Shown: in pieces, positions 1-8,837 of the stretch
Numbering within the stretch: the stretch's first letter is position 1
How the letters are laid out: every line of letters starts with the position of its first letter
Assembly: GCF_003072485.1 (NCBI RefSeq)
Contig: NZ_CP025989.1
Span: 210,001-242,000, forward strand
Length of the DNA stretch: 32,000 nucleotides
Origin: Candidatus Fokinia solitaria
GTDB lineage: Bacteria > Pseudomonadota > Alphaproteobacteria > Rickettsiales > Midichloriaceae
Reading direction: 5' to 3'
Notes under the pieces: generated by a model
What the model saw: the letters and a program-made list of their open reading frames with translations, nothing else
What the model was told of the DNA's origin: nothing
Database searches by the model: none
Position numbers and translations under genes: made by a program

Positions 1-332
1 ATGTGAGAATCTTCCAGCATATGCTGCGGTAAAGGCATTTGTACTATTATACCGTTTACTTTAGAATTTTCGTTTACCTCAGATATAGTATCGGATAGTT
101 GCTTCAATGAAGCATCTTCTCCAAATTTCAGTATATGAAATTCTATACCAAGTTCTTTTGCTTTAGCTTTTTTTATTCTGACATAAGTATCGCTGCTTGG
201 ATTGTCACCTACCATTATAGCAGTGATGCAAGGTACGATATTAAGTTTTTTGAGATTACGTATTTCCTCTCTCAATAGCGTAAAAATTTCTTCTGCATAA
301 CTAGTACCATTTATAATTTTCGAAGATTGCAT
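1..332 (-). CDS. folD: FolD, bifunctional methylene-THF dehydrogenase / methenyl-THF cyclohydrolase; N-terminal ~110 codons, gene runs off the left edge
   Basis: Absent from the ORF track because there is no stop in the window. Reverse complement from ATG (332-330) reads MQSSKIINGTSYAEEIFTLLREEIRNLKKLNIVPCITAIMVGDNPSSDTYVRIKKAKAKELGIEF...VNGIIVQMPLPQH. This is the classic FolD N-terminus (VGDxPxSxxYVxxKxK...GI...VQxPLP). Confidence 0.85.
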   Translation of the reverse strand, partial: MQSSKIINGTSYAEEIFTLLREEIRNLKKLNIVPCITAIMVGDNPSSDTYVRIKKAKAKELGIEFHILKFGEDASLKQLSDTISEVNENSKVNGIIVQMPLPQHMLEDSH

Positions 333-562
333 GTTAGTAACTTAAATCGTGTAGCATTGTAGAAAGACTTTACGAGAATTATAAAACTGATGATATCGTT
401 ATACAACTGTAAGAGTTTTTGTTAATGTTTCTTTAATCATGAGAAAACTGCAATATCTCTAAAGTTTTGAGTAGCTGAAGTCCTATTATGACGGCTTCCT
501 GGATCTTATTACTGCGTTTATAGAGTATCTATCACCTTCGATGCTCTTTTAGAAGAAAGTGG

Positions 563-3181
563 ATGTATAAGATGTTCAATCGTTTGTTAAATCGCATTAT
601 ACGCGCTACTCTTGGTAAACATGTAGCGATGTTAAAGGCGCGCTTTATAGATCCGCTTATTAGTAATAGCGATAGAGACGATTTCATCCTTAGCTCTTCA
701 TCTTCAAAAAAGTCTTCCGTCAGCTTACCGAAGGAAATAGAAATACCCGTAGTATATGGACGATGTAGAATGCAGTGTCATGTGATTTGGGCTGATAAAG
801 TAGTTAGTATCAGAGATGAGGAGGATAGTAGTGGTTCATCGTACGTTTATGTAAAATCCTTTGCAGTAGGTATATGTAGAGGACCTATCTTTAATATCGG
901 CCACATACTAGTTAACGGACAAAATATTGGTATTCAAAAAAATATAAGAATTAGAGTATACTACGGCACAGAAGACCAAACGGTAGATCCGCTGATAGCG
1001 ATGAGATTGCAGCACCTTTCTACACCTTATAAAGGGCTAGCTTATATTGTTATTCAAAACTTTCCAGCGTCTGACTATAGCCCCTCGATTAAAGTAGAAG
1101 CAGAAATCTCCGGTATATATGACGCAGAATACAGAAGGCGATATGCAATGGATGCTATAAATCTGATCGGTAATGGAGAATTTACATATGATACATTATC
1201 AAACACTCGATACCTTGAATGTCCCGAAGGAGCAGGTACTTGTCAGAGAAGAGATTATTTTCAGATAAATGAATATCATACTGCAGGATCAGCAGATGTA
1301 ATAGTATCTCTTCACGAGCTAAAACGTGCTATGCCAGGCATTAGATGGGTTTGTGTTACAGTATATTGGTTTGCTACTACATATGACATAAAGGATGCAG
1401 ATATAAGACCAGGAGTAGAATTCAGAGGTGATCATACTGCTACTAATCCAGTCACGTGGGTAGTATCTAAGTATACAAGAGATACTGCTGAGCTTATAAA
1501 AAAAGATGCAAATGGTAAATTAATATATACCGGTACAGCAGGTACTATATGCGTTGACAGAATAGTATCAACTTTGAAACAGAGAGGATATAAAGTTATG
1601 CTAAAGCCGATTTTGTTAGTGAATAGAGAAGATAAACCATGGAGTGGAAAGATGGTATGTAATGCATCTGATGTGAGTAATTTTTTTAATAAAGAGGAGG
1701 GTTACAATAACTTTATTACTCATTATGCGAGAGTGCATAGTGGCTTGCTCGACGCCTTTCTTATAGGTTCAGAGCTTGTAAGTCTTACATCATGTCGAGA
1801 TAATGATGGAAATTTTGTCGCAATAAAAGAGCTAAAAAAACTTGCAGATATAGTAAGGGTACTGATACCAGGTAATGTTATGGTGTCGTATGCAGCGCAT
1901 TGGTTAGAATATCATCATACTGATGGTGGATGGTATAATTTAGATCCATTGTGGAGCGACCCAAATATACACTTTATTGGTATAAATAATTACATGCCTC
2001 TGACGGAAGATACAACATCTAGCTATGACATAGAGTATCTTATAAAGTGTTTTGATAGTGGAGAGGGGTACGATTATTTTTACGAATATACAGATTCTGG
2101 TAAAAAAAAGCGTCCTCTTGCGGAAAAATACGCGTGGAAGAATATTGAATGGTGGTGGAGTAATTTGCATTATAATCCCGATGGCGCTGTAACTTCGTGG
2201 ATTCCGGAAAGTAAGAAAATTTGGTTTACGGAATATGGTTTTCCATCGGTGCATTTAGCTACCAACAAGCCAAGTGCATTTTTGCCTTCTGATGAGACTT
2301 CATCTCTTCCAATACACTCTAACGGTAAGTTGGATTTCCGAATGCAAAAAGTTGCTATTTGCGCAATGGAAAAAAGATGGCAGGATTCGAAATGCGTTCA
2401 ACGGAAGTTTTTACAATCCTGGGATGCTAGGCCTTATCCTACTTGGCCTGAGAGGCTTGATGCGTGGAATGATACTGAGATGTGGGAGAAAGGGCATGAT
2501 GTGCAAGGAAAGTTCGATACGTGTTATCTTGCTATAATTATTGAAGATTTGTGTGAGAGAGCGCAGATACCTAAGGACAAAGTAGTAACTTCCGAACTCA
2601 TCGACAAAACAGATGGATTTTTCATCTTACAGAATTCGACGTGCGAAGAGATAATTCAGCAATTGAAGGAAATATTTTTATTCGATATCGTCGAAGATGA
2701 CGGTAAGATACACTTTATTTCTCGTAAAAATGGGAAAAAAGTACCAATACCAGTAGAGCATATTTTACGAGGTGGAGGTAGTTTTAAAGCATCTAAGATA
2801 TGTGAATTTAATGAGATACAGAGGTATGCAATTTCGTTTATTAATACTACATTTACATATGATAAAGACATCATGCAGTATAACAGCGAAAGTAAGACAA
2901 GATCTTTAAGTCTCTTATATGAAGCGAATCTTGTGATAAATCGTGTATGTGGAAAACATCTATTAAAAAAGATAGTAGAGAATTCATTTGCGTACTTAAG
3001 GCAGTATGAGATTTGTATGGGGTTATCACTACATATTATGCCATCCGATATACTGATTGTGAAGATTGGCGGAGGTGAGGTATCACTGAGAGTTATTATG
3101 GCAGTAAGGTATGAACATCACTTATATCTGTTTTGTTATGAAGAAAATATTGTTAAGAATCTTCCCTTTGATGAAGAATAA
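563..3181 (+). CDS. Gene-transfer-agent ORFg15-type protein (GTA TIM-barrel-like glycoside-hydrolase domain plus phage-tail-like domain), shortened version
   Basis: 872-aa ORF. Motif series I recognise from RcGTA g15-type proteins: PVVYGRCR..VIWA, RVYYGTEDQTVDPLI, YKGLAYIVIQNFP, INLIGNGEFTYDT, IRPGVEF, FLIGSELVSLT, SYAAHWLEYHH, LDPLWSDPNIHFIGINNYMPL, WWWSNLHYNP, IWFTEYGFPSV, WDARPYPTWP..WEKGH. A tail-protein-like stretch follows (DGFFILQNSTCEEIIQQLKEIFLFDIVEDDGKIHFISR). An in-frame stop at 521-523 prevents a longer N-terminus. Confidence 0.8.
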   Translation: MYKMFNRLLNRIIRATLGKHVAMLKARFIDPLISNSDRDDFILSSSSSKKSSVSLPKEIEIPVVYGRCRMQCHVIWADKVVSIRDEEDSSGSSYVYVKSFAVGICRGPIFNIGHILVNGQNIGIQKNIRIRVYYGTEDQTVDPLIAMRLQHLSTPYKGLAYIVIQNFPASDYSPSIKVEAEISGIYDAEYRRRYAMDAINLIGNGEFTYDTLSNTRYLECPEGAGTCQRRDYFQINEYHTAGSADVIVSLHELKRAMPGIRWVCVTVYWFATTYDIKDADIRPGVEFRGDHTATNPVTWVVSKYTRDTAELIKKDANGKLIYTGTAGTICVDRIVSTLKQRGYKVMLKPILLVNREDKPWSGKMVCNASDVSNFFNKEEGYNNFITHYARVHSGLLDAFLIGSELVSLTSCRDNDGNFVAIKELKKLADIVRVLIPGNVMVSYAAHWLEYHHTDGGWYNLDPLWSDPNIHFIGINNYMPLTEDTTSSYDIEYLIKCFDSGEGYDYFYEYTDSGKKKRPLAEKYAWKNIEWWWSNLHYNPDGAVTSWIPESKKIWFTEYGFPSVHLATNKPSAFLPSDETSSLPIHSNGKLDFRMQKVAICAMEKRWQDSKCVQRKFLQSWDARPYPTWPERLDAWNDTEMWEKGHDVQGKFDTCYLAIIIEDLCERAQIPKDKVVTSELIDKTDGFFILQNSTCEEIIQQLKEIFLFDIVEDDGKIHFISRKNGKKVPIPVEHILRGGGSFKASKICEFNEIQRYAISFINTTFTYDKDIMQYNSESKTRSLSLLYEANLVINRVCGKHLLKKIVENSFAYLRQYEICMGLSLHIMPSDILIVKIGGGEVSLRVIMAVRYEHHLYLFCYEENIVKNLPFDEE

Positions 3182-3193
3182 TACTTCTTCATC
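3170..3193 (+). terminator. Weak hairpin spanning the stop codon of the g15-like gene (possible leaky terminator or attenuator)
   Basis: GATGAAGAA (3170-3178) / loop TAATAC / TTCTTCATC (3185-3193): a perfect 9-bp stem followed by TTATT. The stem is AT-rich and the U-tract is short, so function is uncertain. Confidence 0.3.
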
Positions 3194-3282
3194 TTATTGG
3201 AAAAAGAAATATTCTGAATTATATATTTTAATCATATAAATATTATGTACAATCTTGATATACAAAGTGAAGTGCAGTTTGG

Positions 3283-6200
3283 ATGAAGTGCTATACGATA
3301 GCGTTTGTTATAGTACTGATTTTGCTATCGAGTGCAGTGCGTTGTGCGTATGCAGAGAATATTAATAAAGCACAAAGAAGCTGCGGAGATTTTAATGGAA
3401 TATACTTTGGTAACTGTAATAGCGATATATTGCCTCTTCATCTTCGTCGATTGACAGGTGGTACGATAGAGGTTACTTCTCCTGATCCGTTTGATGCTTC
3501 GTATCAATTATTGATTTACGAATGCGTTTCGTATAAATCGCCAATATCTCCTACTAAATGCGGCTTCGATGCTCTAAGAAGTAGGAAGACGATTACATTC
3601 AGCCCGTCTCAAGTAAATGATATTAGATCATATTCCGGAGGTTCATTATGTAAAAGTGGTATTTATTACAAAAAAGCAGGAGGTTTGGTTGCTTGTTTGT
3701 ACTCGTATCCTACAGATGGTTTTGATAGCTCTACATTAACATCAGATCAATCTGATGTGTACACTATATTACAGTCTTTCTCGCAAGTATGTGATGCTTC
3801 TACCCCGCTTGGATGTGTGTGTGGAATAGTAGAAGATCATTACCTTCAATTGCACAGTGTATTTCGCACAAAAAATGTAATTGGATGCGTACCAATGATC
3901 ATTCTTCCTCCACCTCCGACTTTTAATCAGATTCTTACTCCTCCAGTAACAATTTTCATTCCAGGACAATCGCCAAATAGTACTTTTGATATGCCTACAG
4001 TACAAGTCCAGTCTTCTCCTGCAAATTCAAATTCTTCTGGCTCAACGATAACATTGCAATATTCTTTCAGCGCAAAAACTCAAACTTGTCAATCTCTACC
4101 ATCTATAATGGGCTCATTTTGTCCATCTATTTCTAGTGATGGTAGCGAAATATGCGTTACTCAGAATTTCTCCAATGGTTGGCCTTCAAATTCGCTAGGT
4201 TGTATACCGCGTCCTAGTATCAGCCAAAGTTCGAACATAGTAATTATACCATACTATGATTATAGCAATACCACTGCGCAGTCAGTTGGAGTTGCGATAC
4301 TACAATCTACAAATGGTCCGATTACGCCAATTTCTGGATTAGTACCAATAGGGTATGATAGTAATGGCGATGTATTATCTCTTGATTCGAATTATAATTT
4401 AGTTGCTACGCCAACCGATAGTACGCAATCTCAGCCTGCAAAATGTAGTCTTGGGACAAATCTTAATCCAAAATTTCCTCTTCCAGCATGTACATTATCC
4501 AGCGGCTATAAGGTATATGGCGCAACTCTTCTTGAAAGTGACAGTGCATCGTCTACAAATAATATAACGGAGTATGTTATTGCTTCTAAGCAGTATGATG
4601 CTGTTAAAACGACGACCGTGTATGAGAAGAAAGGTACTCCTACTATAAAACGATACTATAGTTATACTCAACCTATCGTAGCATTTGAGAATTATGCAAA
4701 TGAGATAGCTACTAACATTTATAATCTGAACATTAAAGCGTTGATTTTAAGTAGTAATGCACAACAGCAGTATATATATCTTACTTCATCAGATGGCGAG
4801 TGTGGTAGAAATTGCGAAATATTTGATACTTTTGACGATAGCAAAGCATCTGCGAAGATCTCAGCATTTGAGTCTAAGGTACAAACGGCGTTAAGCGAAA
4901 TAAAACCAAAAGTAGTGTTTTATGCACAAGAGATAAAACTTGATATAAAAAATAATCCTCAAATCATTACGAGTTCTGAAGTGGAAAAACTCACAAAACT
5001 CTTAGATTCTACAGATCGTGCGAAAGCTAAGGATAATTTTAATAAAGTGAAAAATATCTTAGAAAGTAAGATGTGTCCGCCTAGACATTGTTGGAATTGT
5101 TCATCTTGGAAAGTTGATAACACGGCATCTGATGCGATACCATTTTACATACCTGGTGGCTGGATGAGTAGAAGAGCGGAATATTGCTATTGTGGAGATG
5201 GAAAGAATGAATGTCCTATGGTTGATAACCAAGAGTTACTTGCTCTTGCACAAAGTAATCAGAGTGGAATCGAAAATTTAGAAAGTGAATACAAGCATGA
5301 TAAGAGTAATGCGCAAAATAAAATGATGGAAAATATTTCATCGGATGCGCAGGCGATAGTATCAGAGGATAACTATTGTTCTTGCGCGTTGTGTATGAGA
5401 AATACTACTCAAGAGAAGGCAGATCTGCAAAGTCTTTATAATAAGTACGAGCAACATCTACCTTCGATAAGTGAAATACGTTCTTATTTCAATAAGAATC
5501 AAGGAAATTCTGAAGTGAGTGCGCAAATCTTCATTGATAGAGCTGCTTGTCCAGGTCTTTATAACGGTCCTAATGATCGACATACAAGCATTCCGGATAA
5601 AATGTGCATAATGAGTTCCGGTAATGGATGGGATTTTATATCAGGGAATAATTCGCAAAGTGATGCGGCAAATACTGTTGCATTATTACCTCCTCAGCCT
5701 GTATGTGTCAGTCTTCCGCAGCAATGTACGGTGCCAAGTACAGTTGCAAACGCTACAATACAAAAAGTTATGCCGTTTCCAGTAGAGTTTTATAATGCGG
5801 ATGATCAGCAAGTGAGTGTTGCACAGTTAAAACAAACATCTACATCTTCTTCCAGTAGTGAATCCTCTACTAGTACGACAACACTCCCTTTAAGTGTCAA
5901 TGTAAATACGATGGTTGGTGTTCAGTGTAGCGATGGATATAGTGCAGCGCCTGGTGCTGCTACTTACAGTTTGATTTTACCACCTTTACCTTGCAATAAC
6001 GATACAGCAAGTGCGTCTACTAGTACCACTCAAACAGCGTCATCCACTACAGGCACCGCAACAGATGCTACAACAAGTAGTAATACGATAATAAATGCAT
6101 CATCCATTACCATTCAAACAACAAGTCCTACATCTTCATCAGATATGACAAGTAGTATTACTGTTACAAATACGTCTTCTACTACGTCGACTCTCCCGAT

Positions 6201-8826
6201 CCTTATGCAACAAACTTGTGCTGTGACGGCAGGCTATATAAATGATACCACTGTTGTTCTCACAGCAAATCAAGGCTGCACTTTTTTCCCTAGTAACAAT
6301 GGGGAAGTAACAACGATATACTACTACACAGATTCAACAGGTCAATGTGATACTTGTAGCAGTACCACACCAACTATAAGAGTGGCGTTTTATAGTGATT
6401 TAGTTGTAACTAGTAGTTGCACTGATAGCGGTAGAACATATTATGTTGATATAGCGCCTATCTCTTCGATATATTATAACAATTACGTTTTAGGATTAGC
6501 GTTGCAGCCTCTACCACAGGTCAATATAGTAGACGGTACTGTAATCTTTGCTGGTGGTACTTCATCGCTCTTCTATTCTACATCTTATTCAAGTGTTGTA
6601 GATCAAATCCGAAACAATATGGATCAGTATGGCAATACGTATCAATACGTATTGCCTTGTGATTCGCAGGGGATACTGCCTGGTTACTTTATGCTGTCTT
6701 CTGATTCATATCTTCAGGTGGAAATATCTCAGAGTTTTCAGAATCAGATAACGCAGTATGCTACAAGTAATGCTGGTACTCCACCTTCAGGAGAGCTTAC
6801 TTTTACGTTGTATGGTACAGTAGCAGATACAAATATTGCCAATCTCTCGTCATATATACCTGCTTGGGTAGCAGATCCTACTTGGCCTGCACTTACGGTA
6901 AGCAGCAGTGGTGATCAAATCAGTTCATCTCTTACTGTATCTTCTCCTATCAGTCAAGAAGCTATACCATCTTCTCCAATTCCTCTTATTATGCAGTCTA
7001 CTTGTAACATGACTCAGAATCGCGAGACAATTTCTGTACAAAATTGCGGAGCGTTTCTCAGTAATTCAAATGATTCAAGTACTATTATCTTCGAATATGT
7101 CAATTTCTCGCAAATAGATGGCACCGTACCTGAACTGCGTATAGGGGATAATAATACTGGCACTAATAGTATGCTATCCTTAGTTAATGATACCTCTTTC
7201 TCAGTCTCTGCTCTAAACAATGTAAATGATAGTAACACTACGGTAGCATTTTTATCAGAGTCATTCACTTGGAATGGAAATTCTTACGCTATTGTAATGG
7301 TACCGAGTGCTAGATTTACATTAAAAGAAATAACTTCAACTTCAGCAATATTTGGTGGAGGAGTTTCTGTTGGTGTTATGAATGAAGATGGATATATATA
7401 TGCTACGTATTCTCCACTCAATGCTTGTTTTAGTGATGATTCTGGATGTTTACCGTTCATAGCTCTTTGCGATGGTGTACCATGTGTGACGTTTTCTTCT
7501 GATACTTATTTAGCAATAGAAATGCCGTTAAGTCTTACAAGTAGTTTAGAGAATCAAGATTATACTGGTTCTGGCTCGGTTACCTTTAGTTTGTATGGCG
7601 CTATTAATAGTACTAATATTCCAAATCTTTCATCAATATTACTAGGTAAAGCGAGTAATCTTCCAACACCTACATCTACCACTACTCAAATAAGTACAGC
7701 AGCACAGACATCATCTACTGCTGCAGCTCCTCCGCTTATTATGGAATCTACATGTAATAATGATACAACTCCGTTTGATTATATTGATGGTTATTTTAAC
7801 TTTGGTCAAAGTTGGACAGCGTTTTTCAGTGAGATTGGAGGTATTACCGGTGTAAATATTGATTACTTACCTCCAACATATACTGGTGATTCGATGCCAA
7901 TGCTTACTCTACTTGCTAATGGTACGGTTTTTACTAATTGCAGTGGACAGGTAATTGGTTCGGGTGCTGCAGTCTTTTTGTCTAAGTCATTTTGTTTTGG
8001 AGGAAGTTGTGGATACTACATCATTATGGTACCTAATACTAATATTGTACAAACGAGTACTACATCAAATTCGGCAATATTTACAGGCACAGTTTCTATA
8101 GGTATAGTATCGTATAGTACTTTCTTAGATGGACGTACTATCAACACTTGCGCAACTGATAACACTTTATTCAATAGTTGCGATACGCTTGGATCTTCGT
8201 GCTCGCCATTAACGCCATGCTATAATGGTGGTCCGTATGTAACGTTATCTTCTGACGCGTACTTTCAAGTAGAGATGCCATTAGGTTTAGTTGAAAGCTT
8301 GAATACGTCTACGTCGTCTAGCACTATAAGTCCTTCAGGTACAACTATATTTAGTTTATATGGTACGATAAATACCAATATTCCGAATCTTGCCTCGATA
8401 CTACTTGGTACTGTCAGTAATGCTTCATCAGTAATGTCCAGTACCACTACATCGACACCAGCGTCCAGTACTACTACATCAACGGCGAGTACTACTACAT
8501 CAACGGCGAGTACTACTCAAGCATCAACATCCAATACCGGAAAATGCGATAGTAGTACTGCCGCAGAAAATGCAAAGCGTGAAGGAGCAGTGAAAGAGTT
8601 TCAAGAGCTTGTATCAAAAGCTAAATCAGAAGGGAGAAATGTCGTTATAAGTGATATAGAAAATACACAATATTTAAAGAATTTCAAAAATTATATAAAA
8701 TGTACAGGCGCTGAAATGAAATGCATTGGAGGTATGTTTTATAGTCAAGATGTATGCGTAAAGACCAGCGATCTTCCTACTAATGATTTTTGCATTGCGC
8801 ATACAGTACCGAGTAGTACAGATTAA
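3283..8826 (+). CDS. Giant secreted/surface protein of unrecognised family, rich in Cys and Ser/Thr (1847 aa)
   Basis: Single uninterrupted ORF. Sec-type signal peptide MKCYTIAFVIVLILLSSAVRCAYA/EN. Dozens of Cys spread over the whole length. Pure Ser/Thr tracts and many N-x-S/T triplets. Lys/Glu-rich central segment. Three tandem ~255-aa modules in the C-terminal half. No TM anchor, lipobox, LPXTG, RTX repeats or C-terminal beta-barrel signature seen. Confidence 0.85.
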   Translation: MKCYTIAFVIVLILLSSAVRCAYAENINKAQRSCGDFNGIYFGNCNSDILPLHLRRLTGGTIEVTSPDPFDASYQLLIYECVSYKSPISPTKCGFDALRSRKTITFSPSQVNDIRSYSGGSLCKSGIYYKKAGGLVACLYSYPTDGFDSSTLTSDQSDVYTILQSFSQVCDASTPLGCVCGIVEDHYLQLHSVFRTKNVIGCVPMIILPPPPTFNQILTPPVTIFIPGQSPNSTFDMPTVQVQSSPANSNSSGSTITLQYSFSAKTQTCQSLPSIMGSFCPSISSDGSEICVTQNFSNGWPSNSLGCIPRPSISQSSNIVIIPYYDYSNTTAQSVGVAILQSTNGPITPISGLVPIGYDSNGDVLSLDSNYNLVATPTDSTQSQPAKCSLGTNLNPKFPLPACTLSSGYKVYGATLLESDSASSTNNITEYVIASKQYDAVKTTTVYEKKGTPTIKRYYSYTQPIVAFENYANEIATNIYNLNIKALILSSNAQQQYIYLTSSDGECGRNCEIFDTFDDSKASAKISAFESKVQTALSEIKPKVVFYAQEIKLDIKNNPQIITSSEVEKLTKLLDSTDRAKAKDNFNKVKNILESKMCPPRHCWNCSSWKVDNTASDAIPFYIPGGWMSRRAEYCYCGDGKNECPMVDNQELLALAQSNQSGIENLESEYKHDKSNAQNKMMENISSDAQAIVSEDNYCSCALCMRNTTQEKADLQSLYNKYEQHLPSISEIRSYFNKNQGNSEVSAQIFIDRAACPGLYNGPNDRHTSIPDKMCIMSSGNGWDFISGNNSQSDAANTVALLPPQPVCVSLPQQCTVPSTVANATIQKVMPFPVEFYNADDQQVSVAQLKQTSTSSSSSESSTSTTTLPLSVNVNTMVGVQCSDGYSAAPGAATYSLILPPLPCNNDTASASTSTTQTASSTTGTATDATTSSNTIINASSITIQTTSPTSSSDMTSSITVTNTSSTTSTLPILMQQTCAVTAGYINDTTVVLTANQGCTFFPSNNGEVTTIYYYTDSTGQCDTCSSTTPTIRVAFYSDLVVTSSCTDSGRTYYVDIAPISSIYYNNYVLGLALQPLPQVNIVDGTVIFAGGTSSLFYSTSYSSVVDQIRNNMDQYGNTYQYVLPCDSQGILPGYFMLSSDSYLQVEISQSFQNQITQYATSNAGTPPSGELTFTLYGTVADTNIANLSSYIPAWVADPTWPALTVSSSGDQISSSLTVSSPISQEAIPSSPIPLIMQSTCNMTQNRETISVQNCGAFLSNSNDSSTIIFEYVNFSQIDGTVPELRIGDNNTGTNSMLSLVNDTSFSVSALNNVNDSNTTVAFLSESFTWNGNSYAIVMVPSARFTLKEITSTSAIFGGGVSVGVMNEDGYIYATYSPLNACFSDDSGCLPFIALCDGVPCVTFSSDTYLAIEMPLSLTSSLENQDYTGSGSVTFSLYGAINSTNIPNLSSILLGKASNLPTPTSTTTQISTAAQTSSTAAAPPLIMESTCNNDTTPFDYIDGYFNFGQSWTAFFSEIGGITGVNIDYLPPTYTGDSMPMLTLLANGTVFTNCSGQVIGSGAAVFLSKSFCFGGSCGYYIIMVPNTNIVQTSTTSNSAIFTGTVSIGIVSYSTFLDGRTINTCATDNTLFNSCDTLGSSCSPLTPCYNGGPYVTLSSDAYFQVEMPLGLVESLNTSTSSSTISPSGTTIFSLYGTINTNIPNLASILLGTVSNASSVMSSTTTSTPASSTTTSTASTTTSTASTTQASTSNTGKCDSSTAAENAKREGAVKEFQELVSKAKSEGRNVVISDIENTQYLKNFKNYIKCTGAEMKCIGGMFYSQDVCVKTSDLPTNDFCIAHTVPSSTD
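6196..8409 (+). repeat. Three diverged tandem protein modules (~250-262 aa each) inside the giant gene
   Basis: Each module opens with P(I/L)(L/I)M(Q/E)(Q/S)TC (nt 6196, 6982, 7732). Each closes with (T/S)F(T/S)LYG(T/A)..NI(A/P)NL(S/A)S (around nt 6796, 7579, 8344). Shared internal blocks: SSD(S/T/A)Y(L/F)(Q/A)(V/I)E(I/M), and AFLSESF..YAIVMVP..TSAIFGGGVSVG versus VFLSKSF..YYIIMVP..NSAIFTGTVSIG. Similarity is at protein level; DNA is only moderately similar. Confidence 0.8.
8440..8518 (+). repeat. In-frame 21-nt tandem repeat encoding STTTSTA
   Basis: AGTACTACTACATCAACGGCG occurs exactly twice (8467-8487, 8488-8508). It is flanked by a degenerate 27-nt copy (8440-8466) and a partial copy (8509-~8518). 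Confidence 0.85.
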
Positions 8827-8837
8827 TGTAGTATGTC

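Noticed and set aside
563-3181. Whether the g15-like gene marks an intact prophage or GTA cluster.
   Set aside because: The flanks are folD on one side and a non-phage giant gene followed by radA on the other. No capsid, portal, terminase, tape-measure, integrase or att-like repeats are visible in the window.
3283-8826. Whether the giant protein is an autotransporter, a chlamydial Pmp-like protein or an RTX-type adhesin.
   Set aside because: The C-terminus (..CIAHTVPSSTD) has no beta-barrel-like alternating pattern or terminal aromatic residue. There are no GGA(I/L/V)/FxxN repeat series and no GGxGxD nonapeptides. The AIFGGG/AIFTG blocks are only superficially Pmp-like.
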